DNA of 29,643 bases from a virus (taxonomy: Duplodnaviria > Caudoviricetes): positions 1 to 29,643 of IMG/VR virus record IMGVR_UViG_3300020045_002628. The stretch is one strand, 5' to 3'. Both the position numbers and the translations under genes were made by a program. Below are positions 8,065 through 15,978 of this stretch, piece by piece. Each line of letters starts with the position of its first letter. Position 1 is the stretch's first letter. The notes below the pieces were generated by a model, which did no database searches, had not been told where the DNA came from, and worked only from the letters and a program-made list of their open reading frames with translations.

Positions 8065-9948
8065 ATGTCAGGAATCGCAGCAGCAATACCAAAAATTCAG
8101 TTTGATTCTAACGGTTTGCCGTTGATCGGCGGGACATTAACGACATATCTCGCAGGAACTACAACTCTTGAAGCAACGTTTCAAGACAAAGCACTAACGA
8201 TCAATAATACAAATCCGATTGTACTCGATGCGCGTGGTGAGTGCGTCATCTGGCTTGACTCTAATAAGCTATATAAATTCGTGCTGAAAGATGCGGCGGG
8301 TGTAACTCTTTGGACCACCGATAATATCGGCGGAACTACTAATTCTCAAGTAACAAATATTCTTGTTCTTGGCGATTCCACTTGCGCACAGAATACACTT
8401 ATTGATCGGGCATGGCCTAAGATTCTCGAAGAGGCACTAAATGGGATTAATGTCCCAGTGTCAATCACAACAATCGCAATCAATGCAACATCGTTCTACC
8501 GAGCTAATACAACCGTTCAGTTTGGATCGAATACGATGGTACAGCAGGCAATTGCACTAAGCCCAGATATTGTCATATCAGATTTTGGTGTTGCTGATAC
8601 GCTTTTTGCTGTCGATGGTAGATCGTCAGCGCAGATACAGGCTGACGCAACATCGTTTTTTGCTACATTGCGGGCCGGTCTTCCGTCAGCAAAGATTGTT
8701 TATGCTGGCATGCGATTCTATAATGCGACAGATTATACCCCTGCATCGCTAAAGAACCAGGGCGTTTTGCCAATGAATTTCCAGCTAAAAACAGCAGGTA
8801 TTCTGACTGGTATGTATTGCTCAGAAATGTTGGCTGATGCGGTATCAGCAACAACGGTTACGCGCATGGGAGATTGGCAAAATCTTTATAATTTGATCGC
8901 ATCTCTAGGAACAGTTGACACTGTTGGATATGTTGAATACTGGAAAATAGGCCGTCTAGGCGGCGTTAATACAGATGGCACCCATCCAACTGAAATAGGT
9001 AGTGTGTTGCAAGCTGGTTACGTACAAAAAATATTAATGGGTGCAGCATGGTTTAACACATTATTTCCTAATCACTCAGATCAATTAACGACATACTGGA
9101 ATGATCCAGATACGCTGTTTAGCAATTTCCTTACATCTGCTGGGTCTGGCGTCTATACAACCAACGTTAATATTCTTTCTGAAACAGTTGCGCTCCAGTA
9201 TTCACCGGAAAGATTCTTAAATCCTGATACGTGGTATTTCCCATACAAGACTAAGTTTGCCATTTCACCTCTTACCGGGTCATTTGATCCACAATCGATT
9301 ACTTGTTATTCAGCTAGAGGGGCAAAGCCTAGCAGCAACTTGCTTTCATCTCTGAATGGAGCCGCATTTGCAGCATCTTCAGTTAATACGGATGCATCTG
9401 GATTTATGATGGTTGCGTCTCCTACCGCGGCATTAAACTTTGCGGCAGGCTCTTACACATTGCGCTACCAGATAGGAAATGAGGTATATGGACCTTATAC
9501 GTTCGTTGTAAGTGCAAATACTATGCCAATGGTAGAGGTAATCCGTAATTCTAACCTGGCACAAGCTAATAATGCAGCAACTTTGGTTGCATTTAATTCA
9601 GTCACTACAGACAGAGCTTCAGAGTTCAACACCGGAACATCATTGCTTACATGCACTAGAGCAGGTCGATATTCTGTGCAGGCGCAAGTTGCATTAGATA
9701 ATGGAATAGTTGTAAATTCATCTTCATTTGTTCAGATATACAAAAATAGCGTAAATGTGGTTAATGGAACTGTTGCAGTTTATTCGACACTACTTGCCGG
9801 ATTATCTGCGGAAGCTTCAACGACTCTGTTATGTGCTGTTGGCGATACTATCTCTATTAAGTCTTGGTACACTGGCTCTGGGACTGTTAATATTGTAGCT
9901 GCAGGTGGTCAAGGTACAAAGCTTACTGCATCATGGATTGGCGTTTAA
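8065..9948 (+). CDS. Tailspike/receptor-binding protein with SGNH/GDSL esterase-like domain and beta-rich (C1q-like) C-terminus
   Basis: Head-binding-like N-terminus (NG.PL.GG...Y.AGT...NPIVLDARG), ILVLGDS block I, DGTHP block V; C-terminal GRYSVQAQV...GDTI. Confidence 0.75.
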   Translation: MSGIAAAIPKIQFDSNGLPLIGGTLTTYLAGTTTLEATFQDKALTINNTNPIVLDARGECVIWLDSNKLYKFVLKDAAGVTLWTTDNIGGTTNSQVTNILVLGDSTCAQNTLIDRAWPKILEEALNGINVPVSITTIAINATSFYRANTTVQFGSNTMVQQAIALSPDIVISDFGVADTLFAVDGRSSAQIQADATSFFATLRAGLPSAKIVYAGMRFYNATDYTPASLKNQGVLPMNFQLKTAGILTGMYCSEMLADAVSATTVTRMGDWQNLYNLIASLGTVDTVGYVEYWKIGRLGGVNTDGTHPTEIGSVLQAGYVQKILMGAAWFNTLFPNHSDQLTTYWNDPDTLFSNFLTSAGSGVYTTNVNILSETVALQYSPERFLNPDTWYFPYKTKFAISPLTGSFDPQSITCYSARGAKPSSNLLSSLNGAAFAASSVNTDASGFMMVASPTAALNFAAGSYTLRYQIGNEVYGPYTFVVSANTMPMVEVIRNSNLAQANNAATLVAFNSVTTDRASEFNTGTSLLTCTRAGRYSVQAQVALDNGIVVNSSSFVQIYKNSVNVVNGTVAVYSTLLAGLSAEASTTLLCAVGDTISIKSWYTGSGTVNIVAAGGQGTKLTASWIGV

Positions 9949-9973
9949 TTTTAACAACAACGAAAGGAAATAT

Positions 9974-10063
9974 ATGAAACATTTAACAGTCGGAGGCAAT
10001 GGCCCCATAAAGCCTACGGCACCATTGAAGGCTCCAGAAACAAAAAAGCCAAAGAAGAAATAA
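9974..10063 (+). CDS. 29-aa Gly/Pro/Lys-rich peptide
   Basis: MKHLTVGGNGPIKPTAPLKAPETKKPKKK*; strong RBS GAAAGGAAATAT; stop overlaps the next start (TAATG). Confidence 0.7.
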   Translation: MKHLTVGGNGPIKPTAPLKAPETKKPKKK

Positions 10064-10494
10064 TGAATCATGAAACTTTAATCAGCAGGGCAAGCATTGC
10101 TTACTTGCTGATTTTAGTCGAGATTGCATCGGTCATTGCGTTAGAATTTACTCTACGCGATGACAGCTACTATCTTGTATGCAGTCTATTCAATGCGATA
10201 ATCATATTCTCCCTCCCTTATGCGTCCAGGACAAATCTGATTATTGACTTTCGATACATAAATTTCGCTGCATTATTAATTCAGTGCTTTGGATTTTTCA
10301 GTTACTGGTACGACGTACCCGTGTTAATTTATAACTATTTGATCCATTTAATCAGCCTCTTGCAACTTCTGCGGCTACTCATCATAAGAAAAGGCGACGC
10401 AGATGGATACCGCGAGGATCATTACTGGGGCGTTGTGGTTCGTCATTTTAATTTTAATTTGTCTAAAATCATGCTTAAGAAAAAAAAATTATGA
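10063..10494 (+). CDS. Multi-pass (about 4 TM) membrane protein of unknown function
   Basis: Four hydrophobic segments in 143 aa; coupled to the peptide upstream and the holin-like gene downstream. Confidence 0.75.
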   Translation: MNHETLISRASIAYLLILVEIASVIALEFTLRDDSYYLVCSLFNAIIIFSLPYASRTNLIIDFRYINFAALLIQCFGFFSYWYDVPVLIYNYLIHLISLLQLLRLLIIRKGDADGYREDHYWGVVVRHFNFNLSKIMLKKKKL

Positions 10495-10537
10495 GCGTAG
10501 AAAAAACCGTAGGCGAAGCAGTTCAGACGATACTTGA
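10403..10537 (+). CDS. Candidate overlapping 44-aa single-TM peptide with basic tail
   Basis: MDTARIITGALWFVILILICLKSCLRKKNYERRKNRRRSSSDDT* in an alternative frame; AAAAGG upstream. Confidence 0.4.
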   Translation: MDTARIITGALWFVILILICLKSCLRKKNYERRKNRRRSSSDDT

Positions 10538-10721
10538 CAATGAAAAGGTCGCTGTCGTAGTAGCTGGAAGTACTACCGCAACGGGGGTGATTAGCCATCT
10601 TGCCGACGTGCAAACATGGCTATCAATTAGCGCCACTTCGCTTGGCATTATTCTCTCGCTTATCTTAGTTATTAAGCACGGAATTGATGTTTATAAAGCA
10701 TGGAGGGATTTAGACAAATGA
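10491..10721 (+). CDS. Holin/antiholin-like membrane protein
   Basis: 76 aa, 1-2 TM, charged C-terminus, upstream of the endolysin. Confidence 0.6.
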   Translation: MSVEKTVGEAVQTILDNEKVAVVVAGSTTATGVISHLADVQTWLSISATSLGIILSLILVIKHGIDVYKAWRDLDK

Positions 10722-10948
10722 AACCTAAATTGATCAACGAGTGGCGCAAGATTTACAAATACATAAGTGTGCAGATTCCAGCGCTTAACGTGGCATTTCT
10801 GGCTACATGGGCGTTACTCCCACAAAAGTTCCAAGACGCATTGCCAGTTACTTGGGTAATTTCGATAGCCATCGCATTATTGATTGCTGGTGTAGTTGGA
10901 AGGATGATTGCGCAGCCAGGATTGAAAGAACAAGATGAAACTAAGTGA
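10718..10948 (+). CDS. Holin-like protein (2 TM)
   Basis: MKPKLINEWRKIYKYISVQ...W..LP...GRMIAQP; start at ATGA overlap 10718; directly before the lysozyme. Confidence 0.7.
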   Translation: MKPKLINEWRKIYKYISVQIPALNVAFLATWALLPQKFQDALPVTWVISIAIALLIAGVVGRMIAQPGLKEQDETK

Positions 10949-11360
10949 TAACGGGATCAAATTCATTCAGGATTTTGAAGGGATAAAGCTTAACGCTTAC
11001 AAGGACATTGTCGGCGTTTGGACGGTTGGATTTGGGCATACTGGAGTAGATGTAACGCCAAATCTAAGCATTACAAAAGACCGTGCCAATGATTTATTCA
11101 TGCAGGACGTTTGCAACTTCGTAAATGGCGTCAACAGCATGGTTAAATCATGCACTCAAGGCGAGTTTGATGCATTAGTTAGCTTTGTATACAACCTTGG
11201 GTTAAAATCGCTTAAAACGTCTACCTTGCTGCGCAAGTTTAACGATGGCGATATTTACGGTGCAGCGAATGAATTTACCAAGTGGAACCGGGCTGGTGGT
11301 AAAGAAGTTTCAGGATTGACGCGCAGAAGATTAGCTGAACGTGCTTTATTTTTGAGTTAG
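10935..11360 (+). CDS. Endolysin, GH24 phage lysozyme
   Basis: FEG..L.AYKD..GVWTVGFGHT catalytic motif, QGEFDALVSFVYNLG, GLTRRRLAE. Confidence 0.95.
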   Translation: MKLSDNGIKFIQDFEGIKLNAYKDIVGVWTVGFGHTGVDVTPNLSITKDRANDLFMQDVCNFVNGVNSMVKSCTQGEFDALVSFVYNLGLKSLKTSTLLRKFNDGDIYGAANEFTKWNRAGGKEVSGLTRRRLAERALFLS

Positions 11361-11365
11361 ACAAA

Positions 11366-11887
11366 ATGCTTACACCATACTTACTTTGGATAAAAATCGC
11401 CGCTGGATTAGCCTTAATTGCTAGCATACTATTTGCAGGCCACAAAGTAGCAGATCATTGGCGCGAACAAGGTCGCAATGAAATACGCGCAGAGCATGCC
11501 ATTGCAGATAAATCCGCTGCCGATGATCTTAAAATACTGAACGATCAAGCCGCAAGAAACCAAGCTGATTTAAATGAAGCGCGTAACACAATCATCGAAA
11601 AAACGAGAGAGACTGAAAATGAAAAAGCTGCTTACGCTGATATGCGTGATAAGTACCTGGATGGTTCTCGCAGGATGTCAATCGTCACAGCCGCTAGTGC
11701 GCGTGATAAAGCCGAACGTGATCATAATTCCAGCGCTACCGTACAACCTACAGAAGCGCGAACCAACCTCTTGCCGAAAGATTCTACAAGTATTCTCGAC
11801 GCCGCCAGAAACAGTGCTGACGACGTGCGGAAATTGAATACTTGTATCGATCTGTATAATTCGGCACGAGATGCCGTTAATCGTTAA
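11366..11887 (+). CDS. Rz: i-spanin (Rz-like)
   Basis: N-terminal TM then coiled coil; follows the endolysin; contains an embedded lipoprotein gene. Confidence 0.85.
   Translation: MLTPYLLWIKIAAGLALIASILFAGHKVADHWREQGRNEIRAEHAIADKSAADDLKILNDQAARNQADLNEARNTIIEKTRETENEKAAYADMRDKYLDGSRRMSIVTAASARDKAERDHNSSATVQPTEARTNLLPKDSTSILDAARNSADDVRKLNTCIDLYNSARDAVNR
11619..11837 (+). CDS. Rz1: o-spanin lipoprotein (Rz1-like), embedded in Rz
   Basis: MKKLLTLICVISTWMVLAGC lipobox, Pro-rich mature part, +1 frame inside Rz; start is the internal ATG at 11619. Confidence 0.85.
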   Translation: MKKLLTLICVISTWMVLAGCQSSQPLVRVIKPNVIIIPALPYNLQKREPTSCRKILQVFSTPPETVLTTCGN

Positions 11888-12474
11888 AAAGAATATCCAA
11901 CCGATAGATTCGGGCTTACGCCACGATAAATAGCAGGCCAGTCTCCATGTGCTACGGTAGGGACGATTGAAAGCTTTACGATGATTTTATCTTGACGGTA
12001 TCCGATTGCAAAAGTCGGCAAGGCTTCTATCCTAGGAATATGATCAACGCGCTTATATACCTCCGGAATTTCGTTGTAAGGTCGGTAGTCTGGAATATCC
12101 ACCGACCACGATGGTCGATAAACAGATACACCAATATCGGCAAACCAATATCCGTAATTACTTCTAGTAAAAAACGATATTTGCTGAACGTTTCCCTGTC
12201 CGTACCAGTGCGATAGCGGTAAACATTTACCTACGCATGTATTCGTTTTTAAATCATAGTTTGCATCGTCAGCCACAGCTTCAGCATAGCTTGATACCTT
12301 TCCAACGTACAAATATCCAACACCAAACTGCCATTTATCGCCGTTTCCTAGAATGTAATCGAATCCGATTGATGGGCTACGCCTGGAAATTTTGTGCTGG
12401 AAAGCTTCTTGATACCAAATTCCATTTGGAGTGATATTAAAGTCAGTGACTCCAGCATAAATAGTTATTGGCAT
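11884..12474 (-). CDS. Beta-barrel outer-membrane-protein-like protein lacking an evident signal peptide
   Basis: Aromatic amphipathic strands, C-terminal LSVGYSF; AAAGGA RBS. Confidence 0.55.
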   Translation of the reverse strand: MPITIYAGVTDFNITPNGIWYQEAFQHKISRRSPSIGFDYILGNGDKWQFGVGYLYVGKVSSYAEAVADDANYDLKTNTCVGKCLPLSHWYGQGNVQQISFFTRSNYGYWFADIGVSVYRPSWSVDIPDYRPYNEIPEVYKRVDHIPRIEALPTFAIGYRQDKIIVKLSIVPTVAHGDWPAIYRGVSPNLSVGYSF

Positions 12475-12511
12475 GATTTATCCTTTGGATATATTTCAAA
12501 ATATGTTGAGC

Positions 12512-12625
12512 TCATAATTTCCCCTTCGATTTAAAAACAAGCAGGTACACTGATAGCGATGCAAAATTTTCATCAAACGCAGCTAGTAGGATTGCGGCGA
12601 TAATGCTTAGTTGTTTTTGTTTCAT
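12512..12625 (-). CDS. Small hydrophobic protein (37 aa)
   Basis: MKQKQLSIIAAILLAAFDENFASLSVYLLVFKSKGKL*; starts at a TAATG junction motif. Confidence 0.5.
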   Translation of the reverse strand: MKQKQLSIIAAILLAAFDENFASLSVYLLVFKSKGKL

Positions 12626-12801
12626 TATTCTGGCTCATCTATTTCAAAAACACACTTAACGCAATAACCTCCAACGCCACAATCGCCACCGTCTTTAATG
12701 CACTTGTTCGTCGGAAAAGTGTCATGCTGAATCGTTGCGATTGACTTAGGATTAATTATTTCATGAACATTGCTAAACATAAATTGCATTAATGGACTCA
12801 T
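12625..12801 (-). CDS. Small Cys-rich hypothetical protein (58 aa)
   Basis: Start reassigned to the TAATG-coupled ATG; C..DGGDCGVGGYC..C; ends EPE. Confidence 0.6.
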   Translation of the reverse strand: MSPLMQFMFSNVHEIINPKSIATIQHDTFPTNKCIKDGGDCGVGGYCVKCVFEIDEPE

Positions 12802-13046
12802 TATTCTGGCTCCTGTGTTGCCCATAGACCATTCAGCATTGCTGATACCATCATGATGCGGTGGAAATTTCTATGTTGTGGTGATGACCCAACAACAATA
12901 ACCTTTTTATCTCTCGCAAGCTCATCACGGCGTTCCTTCTGGCGCATTTCAAGATGTGCTTGACGTCTGCGTAATGTCTCAGCATCGCGCTCAACAGACG
13001 CCGAAACGCGCTGCTCTCGGCTTCCTCTTTCCTTAGCTTGTCCCAT
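12801..13046 (-). CDS. Hypothetical phage protein (MGQAK.RG type)
   Basis: MGQAKERGSREQRV start at junction motif; ends EPE. Confidence 0.65.
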   Translation of the reverse strand: MGQAKERGSREQRVSASVERDAETLRRRQAHLEMRQKERRDELARDKKVIVVGSSPQHRNFHRIMMVSAMLNGLWATQEPE

Positions 13047-13435
13047 TATTCTGGCTCCTTTGGCGCTGATGGTAGTGGCATCCACTTAATCTCAATCTTA
13101 TCGGGATTAAAATTATGATGCCAAATAATAGAACTGTTCCCGATTCTCCAGCATCCTCCATAATCCACTGAGTTATACGAGCCAGTAATAATATCGTTAT
13201 TGTCCGTAAAAATTAAAACAAGCAAGTCATTTTCCGGCAATCTATCGCTTGCAGGTATCCAACTGTCAAGACTTTCTACAAAGTTCGACTCAGTATATGG
13301 CGGGGCTGCTGCGATCATGGCAACGTAAATCACGGTAGCCCCGTTTGCATAATACTCCCCAGCATTTACCATAAGCTCTGTCGGCTCAATCGGAACAATG
13401 GCGAACTTTGTTTCATCGTATGTTACTGTTATCAT
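13046..13435 (-). CDS. DUF551-domain (Eaa-like) protein
   Basis: VPIEPTELM...AMIAAAP module plus WIPASDRLP...WMPLPSAP. Confidence 0.75.
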   Translation of the reverse strand: MITVTYDETKFAIVPIEPTELMVNAGEYYANGATVIYVAMIAAAPPYTESNFVESLDSWIPASDRLPENDLLVLIFTDNNDIITGSYNSVDYGGCWRIGNSSIIWHHNFNPDKIEIKWMPLPSAPKEPE

Positions 13436-13440
13436 TTTAG

Positions 13441-14094
13441 TTATGCGTCCGTATCTGCAACATCAACAACACGTATATTTACTCGCTGCATTGGGCATTC
13501 TGGCTCGTCATATACCCAGACAACAAGATTCACCTTATAAAACCGATCTCCTATCAATCTAATCTCGTCGCCAACCCTAGGAACGCCGAACGCCTGCATT
13601 TGCGATATGACACCTTTTTTATTATGAACAAAGTGTATTTTAAATTGCTTCATTATTCTGACTCCTTTTGCGCTGCTATGGCCAGAAATAACCATTGACG
13701 TTATGAGGTAATAATTCTGTTTAATGTTATAAATCACTTCTTCATATAAAGTGCCTGGACGTAATATTAATTTGGCTTTTTCATGGTATGTTTTGTCGCC
13801 AATTTTGAATCGTAACTTCGTGCCTTTCTTTACTTGGCCTGCGCTAGTTAATGGCATCCAAACCATTTCGTTGACTTCACCGGATTGGTAGGGATATGGC
13901 GGGGCTGCATTTACGCAATCAACGTAAGCATTGATAATTAATTGTTCGCATCTAGTAAGCTGCTCAGGATCAATTTTTTTAAGCTCATCCGCAGTACATC
14001 CTAAATAACCCATAACACCTTTATCAACTTGATTTTCCTCGATATAAAGAGGCACAAGCTTCCACTGTGTTTCATCGTAAGTTACTGTTCTCAT
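13441..14094 (-). CDS. Mosaic hypothetical protein, probable internal start at 13653
   Basis: N-terminus paralogous to 13046-13435 (TVTYDET, AAPPY); junction motif inside the ORF. Confidence 0.65.
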   Translation of the reverse strand: MRTVTYDETQWKLVPLYIEENQVDKGVMGYLGCTADELKKIDPEQLTRCEQLIINAYVDCVNAAPPYPYQSGEVNEMVWMPLTSAGQVKKGTKLRFKIGDKTYHEKAKLILRPGTLYEEVIYNIKQNYYLITSMVISGHSSAKGVRIMKQFKIHFVHNKKGVISQMQAFGVPRVGDEIRLIGDRFYKVNLVVWVYDEPECPMQRVNIRVVDVADTDA

Positions 14095-15284
14095 TATTCG
14101 GCTCCTTGTAATTTAGCCAGTCTTTCAGATTCAGGCATCATTGCTAATGCAAGTCGCACGTTAAGTATCTCGCACTCACTCTGCAATCGACTAAACTTCT
14201 GAGCTATGCTCGACCGTGCTTCATAGTCTTTTTGCGGCAAATCCAAATCTGTGAGTATGCCGATGACGATTGACTTCATCGTTCGTGCTTCCTGCGCCTG
14301 AATTTCCGCTTGCTGAATTAAATTTGCTTTATCACTCTGCAATCTGTCGCGCTCTGAGGTTAAATCAATGACTACAAGGTGCTGATCTGCCACAAGTTTT
14401 GCAGCTTTCTCATAGCTATCTCGTAACTTTTCAATGCGGGACATATAGTGTCTGTTGATATTTGATTCTTCTAGCTCAGCCAAGCGCAGCTTCAGCGCTG
14501 CACAATCCTTCTGCAAATTCTCGCTCAGATCAGCAAAGCTTTTCTCTACTTCTTTGAGCAGAGTGTTTTCGGTGCGAAGTGCTTTGTAGTCTGGTGACGA
14601 AATAGGGTTTAAATCTCGCCATGATTTAATCGCGTGATTCCATATATCCTGCTCGGTAGGTTGCCGCCTATGTAATGCAATAAAGCCGCCCTTAAACCCT
14701 GCAAGGGAATGTGCAATATTTTCAGATTCTTCCTGTACTGGATCGGATTTATTTTTAGCAAGTAAGTGCTTTTCTTTCCATGCTTTAAAGTCATCACTTG
14801 AGGCTAATCCATTAGCACTATCACTGCCCGTTAGTTGGCAGTACAATAATTCTAACGAGTCAACAAGCTCATTGTCACCTGCGCACCCACTTCCGTGACA
14901 AGTCGGGCATTCTGGATATTCATGCAATTCAGGCGGTCCTTCCCGGGAAACGAAAACTGGCTCGCCTTCACACATAAACGCTAAGGTTCCATCCTTTTGC
15001 GATTGCGCTAAGGCGTCTTTCAGTGCTTGACTTGGCTCCCATTTCTTATTCGCTGGCTCACTCCGATAAGCGGAATGCTCATCACAATGCCCTAGGAAAG
15101 TGCCATCAGATGTATGTACAAGGCCACTTCCATCACACGAACATTTTGGCTCACTCTGGGATAGTGCCATCTCTACCATAATCATTGAAAACAACTTGCA
15201 TGAAACGCTTGATACTTGCGATTTATCCGATGTTGGAAACTCAAAAAAATCATCAAATTCAGCGCTTATTTGTTCTTTGTTCAT
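14094..15284 (-). CDS. Ea22/Eaa-like mosaic protein with CxxC motifs and coiled coil
   Basis: 396 aa; CSCDGSG, CPTCHGSG; repeated xSEP and RLQS linkers. Confidence 0.6.
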   Translation of the reverse strand: MNKEQISAEFDDFFEFPTSDKSQVSSVSCKLFSMIMVEMALSQSEPKCSCDGSGLVHTSDGTFLGHCDEHSAYRSEPANKKWEPSQALKDALAQSQKDGTLAFMCEGEPVFVSREGPPELHEYPECPTCHGSGCAGDNELVDSLELLYCQLTGSDSANGLASSDDFKAWKEKHLLAKNKSDPVQEESENIAHSLAGFKGGFIALHRRQPTEQDIWNHAIKSWRDLNPISSPDYKALRTENTLLKEVEKSFADLSENLQKDCAALKLRLAELEESNINRHYMSRIEKLRDSYEKAAKLVADQHLVVIDLTSERDRLQSDKANLIQQAEIQAQEARTMKSIVIGILTDLDLPQKDYEARSSIAQKFSRLQSECEILNVRLALAMMPESERLAKLQGAE

Positions 15285-15601
15285 GCTTTCCCCTCCTGAA
15301 TAGCTGCAAAAATTTCATTATCTCTATCTCTGTTCGCAGACTTAACATCTTCGTGAATATCGCGAAATTCAGCACGCTGCCTTGTTCGTTGTAATGTGTA
15401 GCCTCGTTTCGCCATGAACCATAAAAACACGTCAATGACATAAACTTGTCCCTCTATCCAAGTTGGTCGTTTTATGAGAGAACTTTCGTCGGGCTCTTTA
15501 ATAATTCTGTGAATTGCTTTAAAAATGTCTTTTTGGTCGTGAAAATCGCGCAGGATTGCTGGAAGGTATTTGCCAGATTCCAGCCATTCGTTAATGTTCA
15601 T
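15281..15601 (-). CDS. Conserved phage hypothetical protein
   Basis: YLP..LRDFHDQKDIFK...YVIDVFLWFMAKRGYTLQR; coupled on both sides. Confidence 0.7.
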   Translation of the reverse strand: MNINEWLESGKYLPAILRDFHDQKDIFKAIHRIIKEPDESSLIKRPTWIEGQVYVIDVFLWFMAKRGYTLQRTRQRAEFRDIHEDVKSANRDRDNEIFAAIQEGKA

Positions 15602-15978
15602 TTCCCCTCCTTAATCGCTGCAATGGCCTTGCTAACACGATCATATTGATCATTAAATAATGGATTTTTTTCTGATGCGTAAGCCAATGCAATACAAGAA
15701 TGCCTCATTGCAAAGAGTAAATTTGCTTGATCGCGCTCAAGCTGCTCTATGCGGTCATGCAATCGACTTACTCGCATATCAGGATCGTCACCCAATACTT
15801 TTTTAACTGAATCAATAAAATCTTGCTTTGTCTCGTAGTCCGATGTCACAAGCCTGCAAAGGTCTTTTATTACTGCCGCGAGCGCATCAGCTCTTTTACT
15901 GTCAATCTCAACTTTTATTGTTGCTTCGCTTGGCGTATGCGGGTAAGTCGTATCACCAATAAATAAATGTTCGTTCAT
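15598..15978 (-). CDS. Hypothetical protein
   Basis: ATGA-coupled in the leftward operon. Confidence 0.65.
   Translation of the reverse strand: MNEHLFIGDTTYPHTPSEATIKVEIDSKRADALAAVIKDLCRLVTSDYETKQDFIDSVKKVLGDDPDMRVSRLHDRIEQLERDQANLLFAMRHSCIALAYASEKNPLFNDQYDRVSKAIAAIKEGK

Larger units (their letters stand above)
12623..14105 (-). repeat. Dispersed junction repeat GGAGCCAGAATAATG (5 copies)
   Basis: Copies at 12623-12636 (TGAG start variant), 12799-12813, 13044-13058, 13651-13665 (GGAGTCAGAATAATG), 14092-14105 (GGAGCCGAATAATG). Confidence 0.85.

Noticed and set aside
13497-13507. Partial match GAGCCAGAATG to the junction motif
   Set aside because: Lacks the TAATG and lies mid-domain (DEPEC); may be chance.
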